A model generated the notes under the pieces. That model searched no databases and was not told where the DNA came from. It saw nothing but the letters and a program-made list of their open reading frames with translations. From assembly GCA_963749155.1 (NCBI GenBank), contig CAVVLO010000002.1, forward strand, positions 1,440,001 to 1,504,000: DNA of 64,000 bases, given 5' to 3'. Made by a program: the position numbers and the translations under genes. The stretch is from an uncultured Armatimonadia bacterium (GTDB taxonomy: Bacteria; Armatimonadota; Zipacnadia; CAVVLO01). Positions 42,113-52,120 of this stretch are shown here, one piece after another; positions within the stretch are counted from its first letter, which is position 1, and every line of letters begins with the position of its first letter.

Positions 42113-42831
42113 ATGGACCTCGCCGAGGTAAACAAAAGCACTCTCCAGCCCATAGCGGGCAGGCGAGTCAGGGCCTTGCTGCTCGGTCTTCCAATTGCCA
42201 TACCACTAATTACGGTCCAGTTCCCGGCCTGGTCCGTCTTCAGTGTGCTGCTGGGCCAATACCAGGCGGCCTGGATTATCAACCTCCTCTTCGGCGCTGG
42301 TTATGCGGTCGCCAACCTGGTCTGCCTAGGCCCGCTAGCTGAGTTTGGACCACAGCAGCTCGAAAGCGCGTTGTTCGCGGTGGGCACCCTGGCTCAGATC
42401 TCACGCTTCGCGGGGCTCGCGGTCATCATCAAGGGAGTGGTGGGCGATGAGCCAGACCAGCCCCTATCAGGCAAGGCAACAACCTCATCCGATCCTGTGC
42501 TATGGGCAGTCGTGCTTGGGCCTACCGGCCTCGGGCAGTTCCTTCAGCACCAATGGCTGAAGGCCTGGTTGTTCTCGATGCCCTTCCTCGCGCTTGTCAG
42601 ACTGATAAGCCTGCAGGGCGTTGGCCCGTTGAAGCGCAATGTGCCCTTCCGTCTACTTGGGGGGAGCGCTTGATGGAACTCCCCTTCTTCCGTTATGGGG
42701 CCGAGTCGCAGTGGTTCCTCTGGTTGCTGCTTGGCATCCTTTGGCTGGCGGCCATCTGGGATGCCTGGGACACTCAGCGGAAGGCAGGGCAGGCGGAGCC
42801 GGCAGGCAGTTCATGTGAGAGGGTGATCTAA
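42113..42831 (+). CDS. Hypothetical multi-pass membrane protein (frameshift in G-run near 42660)
   Basis: AGGAGG SD, motif GPTGLGQFLQHQWLKAW. The C-terminus LWLAAIWDAWDTQRKA is in the adjacent frame. Confidence 0.65.
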
Positions 42832-43422
42832 ATGGCAACACGTCGACTCATAGCCTTCTTCGTCTGGTGGGTGGCGAGTGGTCCGCTGATGCTCATTGGG
42901 CTGCCAGGGCTCTCCGCGGCTAATCTGCTGCTACACCAATGGCGCACCGCCTGGAAACTAATGATGGGCTCGGTGGGCGTGTATGCCTTTGGAGCCCTCG
43001 TCGTTTCAGTCACAAGCCCAGGAGGGCGACCTGGCCCCGCGTGGACGGACGGACTTGAGGTGCTGGGCTTCAGCGTCACCATCGTGGGCGGTCTGTTCCT
43101 CCTTGCGGTACCGCTAACGAGCGCCTTGTTTGCGCCGGTGGATGAGCCCGTGGAAGAGCCTGACTGCCTCGGCAGATCCCTGCCCGGCTGGGCCTGGGCA
43201 CTCGCGCCCTCTGGATATGTCCAACTGCTTCAGGGAAAGCCAACAATGGCTTGCGCCTTCGGCGCAGCCTTCCACGTAGTTGCCACCAACCTGCTGGTTA
43301 ACTGGCCTGGCACCATCGCTTTCTTCCCCCCAGCAGTGGGTCACCCGGGGCCCTTCGTGCTGGCCCTTGCCGTCCTCTGGCTGGCGGCCATCTGGGATGC
43401 CTGGGACACTCAGCGGAAGGCA
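42742..43422 (+). repeat. 45-bp perfect direct repeat (42742-42786 and 43378-43422)
   Basis: TGGCTGGCGGCCATCTGGGATGCCTGGGACACTCAGCGGAAGGCA occurs twice, and similarity extends to about 74 bp with a few mismatches. Confidence 0.95.
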
Positions 43423-43467
43423 AGGCAGGCAGAGCCGGCCCAGGAGGGGTCACCCTCGCCGGCGTGA
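42832..43467 (+). CDS. Hypothetical multi-pass membrane protein, paralog of the upstream gene
   Basis: Motifs LPGLSAANLLLHQW, APSGYVQLLQGK and LWLAAIWDAWDTQRKA. Confidence 0.7.
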   Translation: MATRRLIAFFVWWVASGPLMLIGLPGLSAANLLLHQWRTAWKLMMGSVGVYAFGALVVSVTSPGGRPGPAWTDGLEVLGFSVTIVGGLFLLAVPLTSALFAPVDEPVEEPDCLGRSLPGWAWALAPSGYVQLLQGKPTMACAFGAAFHVVATNLLVNWPGTIAFFPPAVGHPGPFVLALAVLWLAAIWDAWDTQRKARQAEPAQEGSPSPA

Positions 43468-43491
43468 AGCTGCGGGATAAAAAGACCTTCT

Positions 43492-43518
43492 GGAAGCCGC
43501 CTTCTCTGGGCGGCTTCC
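43492..43518. terminator. Hairpin terminator between convergent genes
   Basis: GGAAGCCGCC-7 nt-GGCGGCTTCC. Confidence 0.6.
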
Positions 43519-44129
43519 TACTTTATGGCTCTCTGCACGTGGAAGCCCTTGTGGCGGGCGAGGGTCTCGGCGGCGCCAAAGAGGCGCGCCAGCTCGGCTT
43601 TGAGGCTGTCGGCCCCCTGGCGCTTGCGGACGACAACGAGCAGCCTGCCGCCAGGGGCGAGGCGCTCGTGGGCCTGGCGAAGGAACTCCCACACCACGGC
43701 TTTGCCCGCGCGGAAGGGCGGGTTGGTCACGATAAGGGTCGGTCCAACCTCTGCGGGCAGGCCCGCGAGGATATCGCTTTCCACCACAGAGGCGTTGGTC
43801 AGGTTGTTGAGAGCGAGGCTGGCGCGGGTAAGCTCCACCGCGCGCTGATTTACATCGGTGAGCCAGACTTCTTTCACGAGGGGAGCCAGCACAACGCCGA
43901 GGAACCCCCAACCGCAGCCCAGATCGCAGAGCACATCCTCAGGACGAGCCTCTTTAAGGGCAGTCCTGGCCAGCAAGAGCGACCCTTCGTCCACTTCGGA
44001 TTTGGAGAAGACGCCCCCGGCGGTCTCGAAGCGCCAGTGCCTGCCTGCGAACTCGATGTCGAGGCGCGAAGTCTCGCCGTCCGAGGTGGGCTGCGCGGTG
44101 AAGTAATGCTCCGAGGCAGGCTTCTTCAT
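43518..44129 (-). CDS. Class I SAM-dependent methyltransferase (RsmC/MTS small-domain type)
   Basis: Motifs SEHYFT, GVFSKSEVDEGS, DLGCGWG and TNPPFRAG. Confidence 0.9.
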   Translation of the reverse strand: MKKPASEHYFTAQPTSDGETSRLDIEFAGRHWRFETAGGVFSKSEVDEGSLLLARTALKEARPEDVLCDLGCGWGFLGVVLAPLVKEVWLTDVNQRAVELTRASLALNNLTNASVVESDILAGLPAEVGPTLIVTNPPFRAGKAVVWEFLRQAHERLAPGGRLLVVVRKRQGADSLKAELARLFGAAETLARHKGFHVQRAIK

Positions 44130-44136
44130 CGCCGGA

Positions 44137-45066
44137 TCACAAGCGCGAATAGCGCGGCCGGTCGGGATCGAGAGCTTGCTTCAGGCTGGCGCGCTCGCCA
44201 GGCCTGCGCACCGCCCAGTTGCAGCACATCCGTTCGACGAAGTCGCGCTGATAAGCGGTCAGTTCGCCTGCCAGCATAAAGTGGACTTCGGCAGCGCCGG
44301 CGCGGCCATATTCCTGGTTAATCAGCCCAATCATATAATGATAACTGGCTTCTCTGGGGGCCAGCCTGAGCGCGCGGCGCAGGGCCCTGATGGCGGCGCT
44401 GTAGTCTCGCGCCCGCCAGTGGGCAAGCGCCAGGCAGCAGTAGTAGAAATCATCGGTGCGAGCGAGTTTGCAGGCTTCGTCCAGCGCCTGGACGCCGTAG
44501 TCCAGCGCGCCCGAATAGCAGGCTAGCGAGCCCAGGCGGAAGTGATAATAAGAATCCTGCGGTTCGGCCCGGCAGGCTTGCTCGAGGGCGTCCAGCGCCT
44601 GGGGCAGATAGCCCTCTTCAAAGCAGGCCTCGCCCATCCTGAGGAAATAGAACCCCCTGTCGGGATCGAGCTCGGTGGCTTTCTCGTAGGCGGCGATGGC
44701 TTGCACGCGCTTGCCGATGCCGCGCAAGAAATCGCCCAGCGCGAAGTGGCACTCGGGATTGTCGGGAAACTTCTTGATGGCGCGCTTGTATTTGCGATAG
44801 GCCTGGAGGGGCAACCCGCTGTAGAAATAGGCATCCGCCAGGCGCGTGGCAAATTCGGCGTTGCGCTTGTCCATCCCGCAGGCTTCTTCGTAGAGCTGGG
44901 TCGCGCGCCCAAGTTCGCCCGTCTCGGCGAGCAGGTCCGCGGCGTCAACCAGATGCCTGGCCTGCTCGTGCCTGAGGGCCGCCTTGCGCGCCTGTTCGAG
45001 GGCATGCTGGATGCGCCCCTCGAGGTCGCGCGCGTTATCAAAATAGGGTGTAAATTCTTTGTTCAA
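44137..45066 (-). CDS. Tetratricopeptide repeat protein
   Basis: Repeated 34-aa L[GA]..A..Y..A...P units. Confidence 0.85.
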   Translation of the reverse strand: MNKEFTPYFDNARDLEGRIQHALEQARKAALRHEQARHLVDAADLLAETGELGRATQLYEEACGMDKRNAEFATRLADAYFYSGLPLQAYRKYKRAIKKFPDNPECHFALGDFLRGIGKRVQAIAAYEKATELDPDRGFYFLRMGEACFEEGYLPQALDALEQACRAEPQDSYYHFRLGSLACYSGALDYGVQALDEACKLARTDDFYYCCLALAHWRARDYSAAIRALRRALRLAPREASYHYMIGLINQEYGRAGAAEVHFMLAGELTAYQRDFVERMCCNWAVRRPGERASLKQALDPDRPRYSRL

Positions 45067-45075
45067 GGTTAGTCC

Positions 45076-45525
45076 CTAGAATTGCCCCTCGGAATCAAGA
45101 AGCAGTGTGACTGGGCCATCATTCAACAATTGTACATGCATATGCGCGCCGAAAACGCCCGCCTGGGTGGCAGGATGCTGCGCCTTGACCAACGCAAAGA
45201 ACTCCTCAAAGACTCCCTCGGCCTCGCCAAAGGCCCTGGCGCGGGTGAAGCTTGGGCGCCTGCCCTTGCGGCCGTCCCCGTAGAGGGTAAAGTTTGGAAC
45301 CAGCAAAAGCGCTCCGCCGATGTCGGTGACGCTCAGGTTCAGCTTGCCGGCCTCGTCCTCGAAGAGGCGCAGCTCCGGGAGCTTGCCGGCCATCCACTTC
45401 AGGTCAGCCAGGCCGTCTTCGGCGCGAAAACCGACCAGCGCAAGCAGCCCGCGCTCTATAGAAGCGACGACCTGCCCTTCCACCGAGACGCTGGCGTTAG
45501 TGACACGCTGGAGGACGACTCTCAC
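45076..45525 (-). CDS. dtd: D-aminoacyl-tRNA deacylase
   Basis: Motifs RVVLQRV, NFTLYGD, KGRRPSF and NDGPVT. Lies directly after relA. Confidence 0.95.
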   Translation of the reverse strand: MRVVLQRVTNASVSVEGQVVASIERGLLALVGFRAEDGLADLKWMAGKLPELRLFEDEAGKLNLSVTDIGGALLLVPNFTLYGDGRKGRRPSFTRARAFGEAEGVFEEFFALVKAQHPATQAGVFGAHMHVQLLNDGPVTLLLDSEGQF

Positions 45526-45526
45526 G

Positions 45527-47767
45527 CTAGCCGCGCCCCTCTCGGCGCGCGACCCCTTCGCGCCTGAGGCCAAGCACGTCGGGCACCTGGTTGATGCGTT
45601 CGGCCAGCCGCTTCAGCTCGCCGGCATCGCTTATTTTGACGGTGAGCTGGATGGTAGCCTGGCCCCCTGCCGTGCGCACGTCGCCCGCCACGATATCGAC
45701 AGCCAGCTCGCTTACTCGCGCGACGATATCTGAAAGCAGACCCACCCGGTCCAGCGCCACTACTTCGAGCGAGGCGACGAACTCATGACCGGCGGGATTA
45801 ACCCACTGCGCGCTCACAGTGCGTTCAGGATACTTCTGGGTCAGGCGCACCATATTGGGACAGCTCTCCCGATGCACCGTTACGCCCCGGCCCCGAGTTA
45901 TATACCCTATTATCGCATCTCCAGGTATCGGCGAGCAGCAGGTGGCCAGGTGGTAATCGAGATCGGTGCGCCCGAGCAAAGCGATGGCCTGTTTCCCCGG
46001 CAAGCCAGGTAGCGGGGGGGTCAGTTCTTCCTGCTGGAAAAGCGCCGCAGCGATGCGCTCTTCTTTGGAGATCGGCTTCTGATAAAGCTGGCCCAGCTTG
46101 CTTGCGACATATTCGGCTGAAAGCTCGCCGTACCCGATTGCGGCAAGCAGGTCTTCGGGAGTGCGATAGTTGAGACTCTCGAAAACCTCGTGGACATCCT
46201 CGAGTTTGACCTCGTGGATGGTGCGGCGCAGCTCTAAAATCTCCCTTTCCAGCGCAGCGCGGCCCCGATGATAGTTCTCATCGAAGCTCTTCCTGCGCAG
46301 GAAAGACCTGATCCGGCTTTGCGCGCGGCGAGTTTTGGCGTAGGTCAGCCAGTCCAGATTAGGGCCAGGGGCCTGTTTGGGGGTCAGAATCTCGACTACG
46401 TCGCCTGTGCGCAGCATATAGTTCAAGGGCACAACCCGGCCGTTGACTTTCGCTCCTCCGCACCTGTGGCCAAGGTCGGTGTGGATGCGGTAGGCGAGGT
46501 CTATGGGCGTAGAGCCGGTTGGCAGCGCGATAACCTCGCGCGCAGGCGTGAAGAGAAAAACTTCCTCTGAGAGCAGGTCGTCGGTGACGGCGGTCAGGTA
46601 TTTCTGATTGTCGGCGAATTCGTGGCCGGCGTCCAGCACCTGACGAAGCCAGGAAAGCCGCTCTCCTACTTCGTCCCTGGCAAGCTCTGGCTCCTTGTAA
46701 CGCCAATGCGCAGCCACACCCTGTTCGGCTTCCCGGTGCATCTCCTGGGTGCGGATCTGCACTTCCATAGGCACATTTTGGGGAGGCACGAGGACTTTGA
46801 GATGGATGGACTGGTAACCGTTGGGCTTGGGTTTGGCGATGTAATCGGTAAACTGGTTAGGCAGGGGAGTCCAAAGCTCGTGTATCAGTCCCAGCACATA
46901 ATAACACTCGGATTTACTCTCTACGATGACGCGCAGAGCCAGTAGATCGAAGACATTTTCGAAGTCGAGGCCCTGGATCTGCATCTTGGTATAGATGCTG
47001 TAGAGATGCTTGTAGCGTCCCGTGATGGTCGCGCGCACTCCCCGGTCCATAAGATGCTGTTGAAGCTGCTCTATGGCCAGGTCGATTAACTGCTGACGCT
47101 CTCCGCGCGTGCGAGCCACCAAGGCGGCAAGCTCGTGATATTTCTCGGGATTTATGAAATGGAAGGCGAGATCTTCGAGTTCACTTTTGATCTGCCACAT
47201 ACCCAGGCGATGGGCCAGGGGCGCGAAAATGTGGAGGGTCTCTCTGGCTACTTGCTGCTGGCGCTCGGGTTTATGGTACTCGAGGGTGCGCATATTATGA
47301 AGCCTGTCGGCCAGCTTGATGAGGATGACTCGTACATCCTTACCGACCGCGAGAAGCATCTTGCGCAGATTTTGAGCCTGGCGCTCTATCTCGTCACCAA
47401 ACTCGACCCCCTTGAGCTTGGTAACACCATCCACCAGTCGGGCAACCGAAAGGCCGAACTGGGCCTCGATGGTCTCCAGAGAAAGGCCAGTGTCCTCAAC
47501 GGCGTCATGCAACAGGCCGGCAACGATGGTGTCGGTGTCGAGATCGAGCTGGGTGAGGATAGAGGCTACTTCCACAGGATGGATGATGTAGGGTTCGCCC
47601 GAGAGGCGCAGTTGGCCTTCATGGCATTGCTGGGCAATACGCAGCGCTTGAGCAATAACGGCGAGTTCTTCAGGCGAGCGGGCGCTACGAGAGGCGCTTG
47701 CTATACGGGCAAGCAACTCCTCCAGTGAGGATACGGCGCCGCCTGATTGGTTGCTAGTCGTCTCCAT
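45527..47767 (-). CDS. relA: Long RSH (p)ppGpp synthetase/hydrolase
   Basis: HD domain (HDAVED, IKLADRLHNMRT), synthetase (PKPNGYQSIH, EVQIRT), TGS, ZFD (CCSPIPGD) and ACT. Confidence 0.96.
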   Translation of the reverse strand: METTSNQSGGAVSSLEELLARIASASRSARSPEELAVIAQALRIAQQCHEGQLRLSGEPYIIHPVEVASILTQLDLDTDTIVAGLLHDAVEDTGLSLETIEAQFGLSVARLVDGVTKLKGVEFGDEIERQAQNLRKMLLAVGKDVRVILIKLADRLHNMRTLEYHKPERQQQVARETLHIFAPLAHRLGMWQIKSELEDLAFHFINPEKYHELAALVARTRGERQQLIDLAIEQLQQHLMDRGVRATITGRYKHLYSIYTKMQIQGLDFENVFDLLALRVIVESKSECYYVLGLIHELWTPLPNQFTDYIAKPKPNGYQSIHLKVLVPPQNVPMEVQIRTQEMHREAEQGVAAHWRYKEPELARDEVGERLSWLRQVLDAGHEFADNQKYLTAVTDDLLSEEVFLFTPAREVIALPTGSTPIDLAYRIHTDLGHRCGGAKVNGRVVPLNYMLRTGDVVEILTPKQAPGPNLDWLTYAKTRRAQSRIRSFLRRKSFDENYHRGRAALEREILELRRTIHEVKLEDVHEVFESLNYRTPEDLLAAIGYGELSAEYVASKLGQLYQKPISKEERIAAALFQQEELTPPLPGLPGKQAIALLGRTDLDYHLATCCSPIPGDAIIGYITRGRGVTVHRESCPNMVRLTQKYPERTVSAQWVNPAGHEFVASLEVVALDRVGLLSDIVARVSELAVDIVAGDVRTAGGQATIQLTVKISDAGELKRLAERINQVPDVLGLRREGVARREGRG

Positions 47768-47774
47768 CTGCTTT

Positions 47775-49538
47775 TCAGCCTGGTTGGCCTCCCTCAGCCT
47801 TGGCCGCTAGCGCCAGATCTCTGAGACGCACTTCGATCTCGCACCGGCCACCCTTTCCATTTTCGCCTATCGTGTAGGCGATGTCCAGTTTCGTGCCATA
47901 CTGGATGCGCGGCCCTGCCTGGCCCAGGCCGAAACCTATGGCCCCGATGCAGCCTTCGCCGAGAGAGAGCACCAATTTGAGATGAGCGTTATCGCGCCCG
48001 ACAGTGTAGCAATCCAGCACTTCCATCCCGCGGGTGACCCAGACAGGTTCTTCATTGGCCTCGCCAAAGGGAGCGAGCTGACCGAGTTCCTGGCGGAAGC
48101 AGCAGTTGAATTCATCGGCTGAAAGCTCGGCGTCCACATTCAGCCAGGCCTCTATATGCTCGGGCAGAAGACGCTCCCAGGCCAGGCTAACGAGGCGCGT
48201 CTTCAGTGCTTCGAGATTCTCGACTTTGACGGTCAGCCCAGCCGCGCGCGAATGACCACCGAACTGCTCGAGTAGCTCCTGACAGTCCTGCAGCGCCTCG
48301 AAAAGATTGAAATCGGGAGTGCTGCGCGCCGAACCTCTTGCCAGGCCTGTCTCTTCATCAATAGAAATCAGTATGGCTGGCCTGCGATACTGCTGCACGA
48401 GCTGGGAGGCGACAATGCCGATGATGCCAGGATTCCAGCCGAGGCCCGAGAGGATGAGGATGCGCCTGTCTTCGACATTGACTTCTACATCGGCCTGGCT
48501 CCAGACCTCGCGAAGTATCTCGTTCTGCTTAAGCTTGCGGGTCTCATTGAGTTCGCAAAGTGAATTGGCGAGTTCCTGGGCCCGGTCGGGCTTGCCGGTC
48601 AGCAACAATTGCAGAGCGGTTTCGGCTCTTGCAATGCGGCCGGCCGAATTAAGCCTGGGGGCGAGCAGGAAGGCGACATCCCAGGAACTGATAGCTTTGC
48701 CTTCCAGATCGGCGGCTTTGAGCAGCGCGCGCAGGCCTGCTTTGGAAGTATGCTGCAGAGCCTGCAGTCCAAAATGCGCCAGAATCCGGTTTTCGTCGAG
48801 CAACGGCACAACATCGGCCACAGTGCCGAGTGCCACCAAATCTAGAAAACCTTTGTGGACTTCCTCACAAGACAGCCCTCGCGCCTCTGCCAGCGCGCAC
48901 AGCAGCTTGAAGGCCACCCCCACACCAGCGAGTTGCTCAAAGGGATACTGGGAATCTGCCCTTTTGGGGTCAACCACGGCGATAGCTTCCGGCAGTTCGG
49001 GGCCAGGCTCATGATGGTCGGTTATAATAAGGTCTAGTCCCAGCGCTCGCGCGGCCTGGGCTTCTGCCAGAGCCGAGACCCCACAATCTACTGTCAGGAC
49101 GACCTTGAAACCTGCCTCGGCTGCGCTTTCAAGGGTAGGGAGATTCAGCCCATAACCTTCTTCGAGGCGCTCGGGGATTGTTCCAGTGACTTGCCCGCCC
49201 ATCGCCTTCAGGGCCCGGACCAGCATGGCGGTAGCTGTCAGGCCATCCACATCATAGTCGCCGAAGACCAGGATAGATTCCTTATTATCTAGCGCCTGGC
49301 AAAGGCGAGTGACAGCGGCATCAAGGTCGGGAAGCAAGTAGGGAGAGTGAAGCTGAGCAAGACTGGGATTGAAAAAACTGTCGATTTCGGTCTGATTTGT
49401 GATTCCTCTGCAGGCAAGAGTTCGAGCAATGGGGGGGCATAGATTGGCCTGGGCGGCAAGCGTGGTCACAGTATCGGACTCGCAGGGTTTAAGCCGCCAA
49501 AAGTACTTTTCGCCTTTACCAAGCAGGGGATGAGTCAT
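47775..49538 (-). CDS. recJ: Single-stranded-DNA-specific exonuclease RecJ
   Basis: Motifs GDYDVDG, TVDCG, TDHH, PRLNSAGR, GSARS and GGHSRAAG. Confidence 0.96.
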   Translation of the reverse strand: MTHPLLGKGEKYFWRLKPCESDTVTTLAAQANLCPPIARTLACRGITNQTEIDSFFNPSLAQLHSPYLLPDLDAAVTRLCQALDNKESILVFGDYDVDGLTATAMLVRALKAMGGQVTGTIPERLEEGYGLNLPTLESAAEAGFKVVLTVDCGVSALAEAQAARALGLDLIITDHHEPGPELPEAIAVVDPKRADSQYPFEQLAGVGVAFKLLCALAEARGLSCEEVHKGFLDLVALGTVADVVPLLDENRILAHFGLQALQHTSKAGLRALLKAADLEGKAISSWDVAFLLAPRLNSAGRIARAETALQLLLTGKPDRAQELANSLCELNETRKLKQNEILREVWSQADVEVNVEDRRILILSGLGWNPGIIGIVASQLVQQYRRPAILISIDEETGLARGSARSTPDFNLFEALQDCQELLEQFGGHSRAAGLTVKVENLEALKTRLVSLAWERLLPEHIEAWLNVDAELSADEFNCCFRQELGQLAPFGEANEEPVWVTRGMEVLDCYTVGRDNAHLKLVLSLGEGCIGAIGFGLGQAGPRIQYGTKLDIAYTIGENGKGGRCEIEVRLRDLALAAKAEGGQPG

Positions 49539-49628
49539 ATGCCTCGGAAGAATGTTTTCGAAAGTGTAGAGCTACCGGCAGGCCTTGTCAAACACCTGGC
49601 GGAAGCCTTACGCTAAGTGGTGTAACTT

Positions 49629-50807
49629 ATGGGGAAAAATAACGTAACAACCGATATCCCTCCCTGGCAGGAGGAAGGCGCTTTGCGCGCTGCCTGGGCC
49701 AGGCTGATGGAACAGGGCCTGGCCGGGCTTCCGGCGCCCACAGGGCCAGAGGTGCTGGTCGCCGCCAGTGGAGGGGCCGATAGCTCGGCAGTCGCCGCGC
49801 TGCTAGTAGCGCTAGGGCTGCGCGTCAGCCTGGTGATGCTGGATTTCCATGAGGAAGGCGCTTGTGGAGCCCAGGTGCCACCTGAAACGTCCCGGATCCA
49901 GTTAGCCCTGATTGCAGAGCGACTGGGGCTGGAGACGCAGCTTCTGGATGCGCGCGCTCGTTTCAAGTCTCAGGTGGTAGAACCTTTTGTGGCTGCCTAT
50001 CTGGCTGGCCTTACGCCCAATCCCTGCGTGATGTGCAACCCCAGGGTCAAAATCGCGGCGCTACTGGCGGAGGCTGACAGGCGGGGCGTCGAGCTGGTCG
50101 CAACAGGTCATTATGCGCGGCTGGAAAACGATGAGGGGCGAATCCGGCTGTTGCAGGGGCGCGACTCGTCGAAAGACCAGTCCTATGTATTACACAGGCT
50201 GGGGCAGAAAGAGCTTTCGCGCCTGGTGCTGCCAGCAGGAATCTTCCGCAAGGCCGACCTGGTCACTCTGGCCGTGCGGCTGGGCCTGGTGCCGAAGAAC
50301 CAACCCGAGAGTATGGAAGTCTGTTTTCTCGGCGAGGGAGATTATCGCAGTCTGCTCGAACAGCGCGCCAGACCTCGCAGGGGGCCTTTGGTCCATATCA
50401 GCGGCCGCATACTGGGCGCCCATACCGGTTATTGGCGTTTTACGGTGGGGCAGCGCAAGGGGTTGAACCTGGCCTGGCCAGAGCCTCTCTACGTCGTCTC
50501 GGTCGACCCGGTAGCCAACTCGGTGGTCGTTGCCGAACGCTCACAGGCGGTAAAGAACGTCTTCTATTGCGAAGACCTAATCTGGACAAGCGGTGAGGCG
50601 CCTTCAGAACCTTTTGGCGCCGAGGTGGCTATTCGGTATCGAGCGCGCCTGGTCGGGGCAGAAGTGGCTCCTTTCAGTGCAGGGCAAGTTTGTGTTACCT
50701 TGAAGGAGCCGTTGCTGGGAGTTGCGCCCGGGCAGTCCGCGGTTTTCTACGTGGGGCAGGAAGTCCTGGGTGGAGGGCTAATCAGCACAGGCAAGGTTGT
50801 AGTCTAA
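49629..50807 (+). CDS. mnmA: tRNA 2-thiouridine(34) synthase
   Basis: Motifs SGGADSS, TPNPCVMCN, ATGHYAR, KDQSY, GQRKG and PGQ. Start uncertain. Confidence 0.93.
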   Translation: MGKNNVTTDIPPWQEEGALRAAWARLMEQGLAGLPAPTGPEVLVAASGGADSSAVAALLVALGLRVSLVMLDFHEEGACGAQVPPETSRIQLALIAERLGLETQLLDARARFKSQVVEPFVAAYLAGLTPNPCVMCNPRVKIAALLAEADRRGVELVATGHYARLENDEGRIRLLQGRDSSKDQSYVLHRLGQKELSRLVLPAGIFRKADLVTLAVRLGLVPKNQPESMEVCFLGEGDYRSLLEQRARPRRGPLVHISGRILGAHTGYWRFTVGQRKGLNLAWPEPLYVVSVDPVANSVVVAERSQAVKNVFYCEDLIWTSGEAPSEPFGAEVAIRYRARLVGAEVAPFSAGQVCVTLKEPLLGVAPGQSAVFYVGQEVLGGGLISTGKVVV

Positions 50808-50812
50808 CAACT

Positions 50813-51871
50813 ATGAGAGCAACTACAGAACAATTAAATGAGCGCCAGCGGCATATCTTGTCGGCTTTGGTCAGGCAGCATCTGCAGTCGGCCGAAGCGG
50901 TAGGTTCGGCCGAGCTCAAAGAGCATGAGCACTTCGAGCTCAGCGCCGCAACGCTGAGAAGCGAGATGAAGCGCCTCGAAGACCTGGGATTGCTCGCTCA
51001 GCCGCACACCTCGGCGGGGCGGGTGCCAACGGCGCTTGGCTATCGGGCTTATGTGGATCAGTGCATCGAAACGCTGGGCCTTGAGCCGTCTATGCGCGAC
51101 CATCTGGACGCCGCTTTACTGGGCGCCTCGCTCGAGCCTTCAGGTTATGTCAGGGCGGTCAGCGCGACCCTGTCGCGTTTTGGCCAGCTTCCCTCCTGTG
51201 CTCTTCCCCCGCGCGCTATGGGAGCCCAGCTTGATCATATGGAACTTGCTCCGCTATCGAGCCGGCGGTTCGTCGCGTTGATGATTACAAGCACGGGCGA
51301 AGTACTGCACAGGGTTGTCGAGACCAGTCGAGCCGCGGGAGGCGCCGAGGTAGAGCGCATCGCCCTGGCACTCAACCGACGCCTGCAAGGCAAGACTCTG
51401 GCCGAGCTTGGCAGGCTTACCTCTGCCGAACTGCTGCTTGGGACGGGCCTTGCTTCCGCGGCAGCCATCGAACTGGCCAGCGCTTTACTCGAGGCAGCCA
51501 GGGAAGCGAGCAGCGGACCTGAGACAGTCATCGTAGAAGGCACTCTTAAGATTCTTGGACAGCCCGAATTCCGTGATATGGCGCTTACCCGGGGCGTGCT
51601 TTCAGTACTCGAAGACCGCCAGCGCCTGGCCGGATTATTAAGTCGGGTGGTAGATCCAGAAGCTGCCGTGCAAGTAGCCATTGGAGAGGAGCTTGGACTG
51701 GACGAAATGCGTTGTTGCAGCCTGGTGTCGGCTGTCTACCACGTGCAGGGCGCGCCAGTCGGAATCATAAGCCTTATCGGTCCTATGCGGATGCCCTACA
51801 GTTTCGTAATGCAACTTGCAAGTTATATGGCATCACGTCTTTCCAGTCGACTGGACCAGCAAACAGGCTAG
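50813..51871 (+). CDS. hrcA: Heat-inducible transcription repressor
   Basis: Motifs SAATLRSEM, QPHTSAGRVPT..GYR and IGPMRMPY. Confidence 0.93.
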   Translation: MRATTEQLNERQRHILSALVRQHLQSAEAVGSAELKEHEHFELSAATLRSEMKRLEDLGLLAQPHTSAGRVPTALGYRAYVDQCIETLGLEPSMRDHLDAALLGASLEPSGYVRAVSATLSRFGQLPSCALPPRAMGAQLDHMELAPLSSRRFVALMITSTGEVLHRVVETSRAAGGAEVERIALALNRRLQGKTLAELGRLTSAELLLGTGLASAAAIELASALLEAAREASSGPETVIVEGTLKILGQPEFRDMALTRGVLSVLEDRQRLAGLLSRVVDPEAAVQVAIGEELGLDEMRCCSLVSAVYHVQGAPVGIISLIGPMRMPYSFVMQLASYMASRLSSRLDQQTG

Positions 51872-52120
51872 CCAGGCGACTAAAAGTCGCCAAAACGTTG
51901 CCGGTTATTGGGTTTGCGCGTGGTTGCGAGTGATTTTTTGTGTTATCATACTTGCAGTCGAGGATTGCTCCAGTCGACGTCGGACCGCAGCGTGGGGAAG
52001 AAAAATCTGCGCTGTGGCAGGAGATTGCTTCCAGAGTCCGAAAGGAGTGCTTACCGTCCTGACCGCCGCAGGCGGAAGGCGTAGCAAAGCTACACTAGCC
52101 CTCAGAGGAGGCGAGTCGGC

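Noticed and set aside
42730..43440. DGR template/variable repeat pair
   Set aside because: The mismatches are not restricted to adenines of one copy, both copies are coding, and no reverse transcriptase is present.
52027..52053. CIRCE half-site GAGTGCTTA, and hammerhead-like GAGTCCGAAAGGA
   Set aside because: There is no left CIRCE arm 9 nt upstream, and the CUGAnGA and GAAA hammerhead cores are missing.
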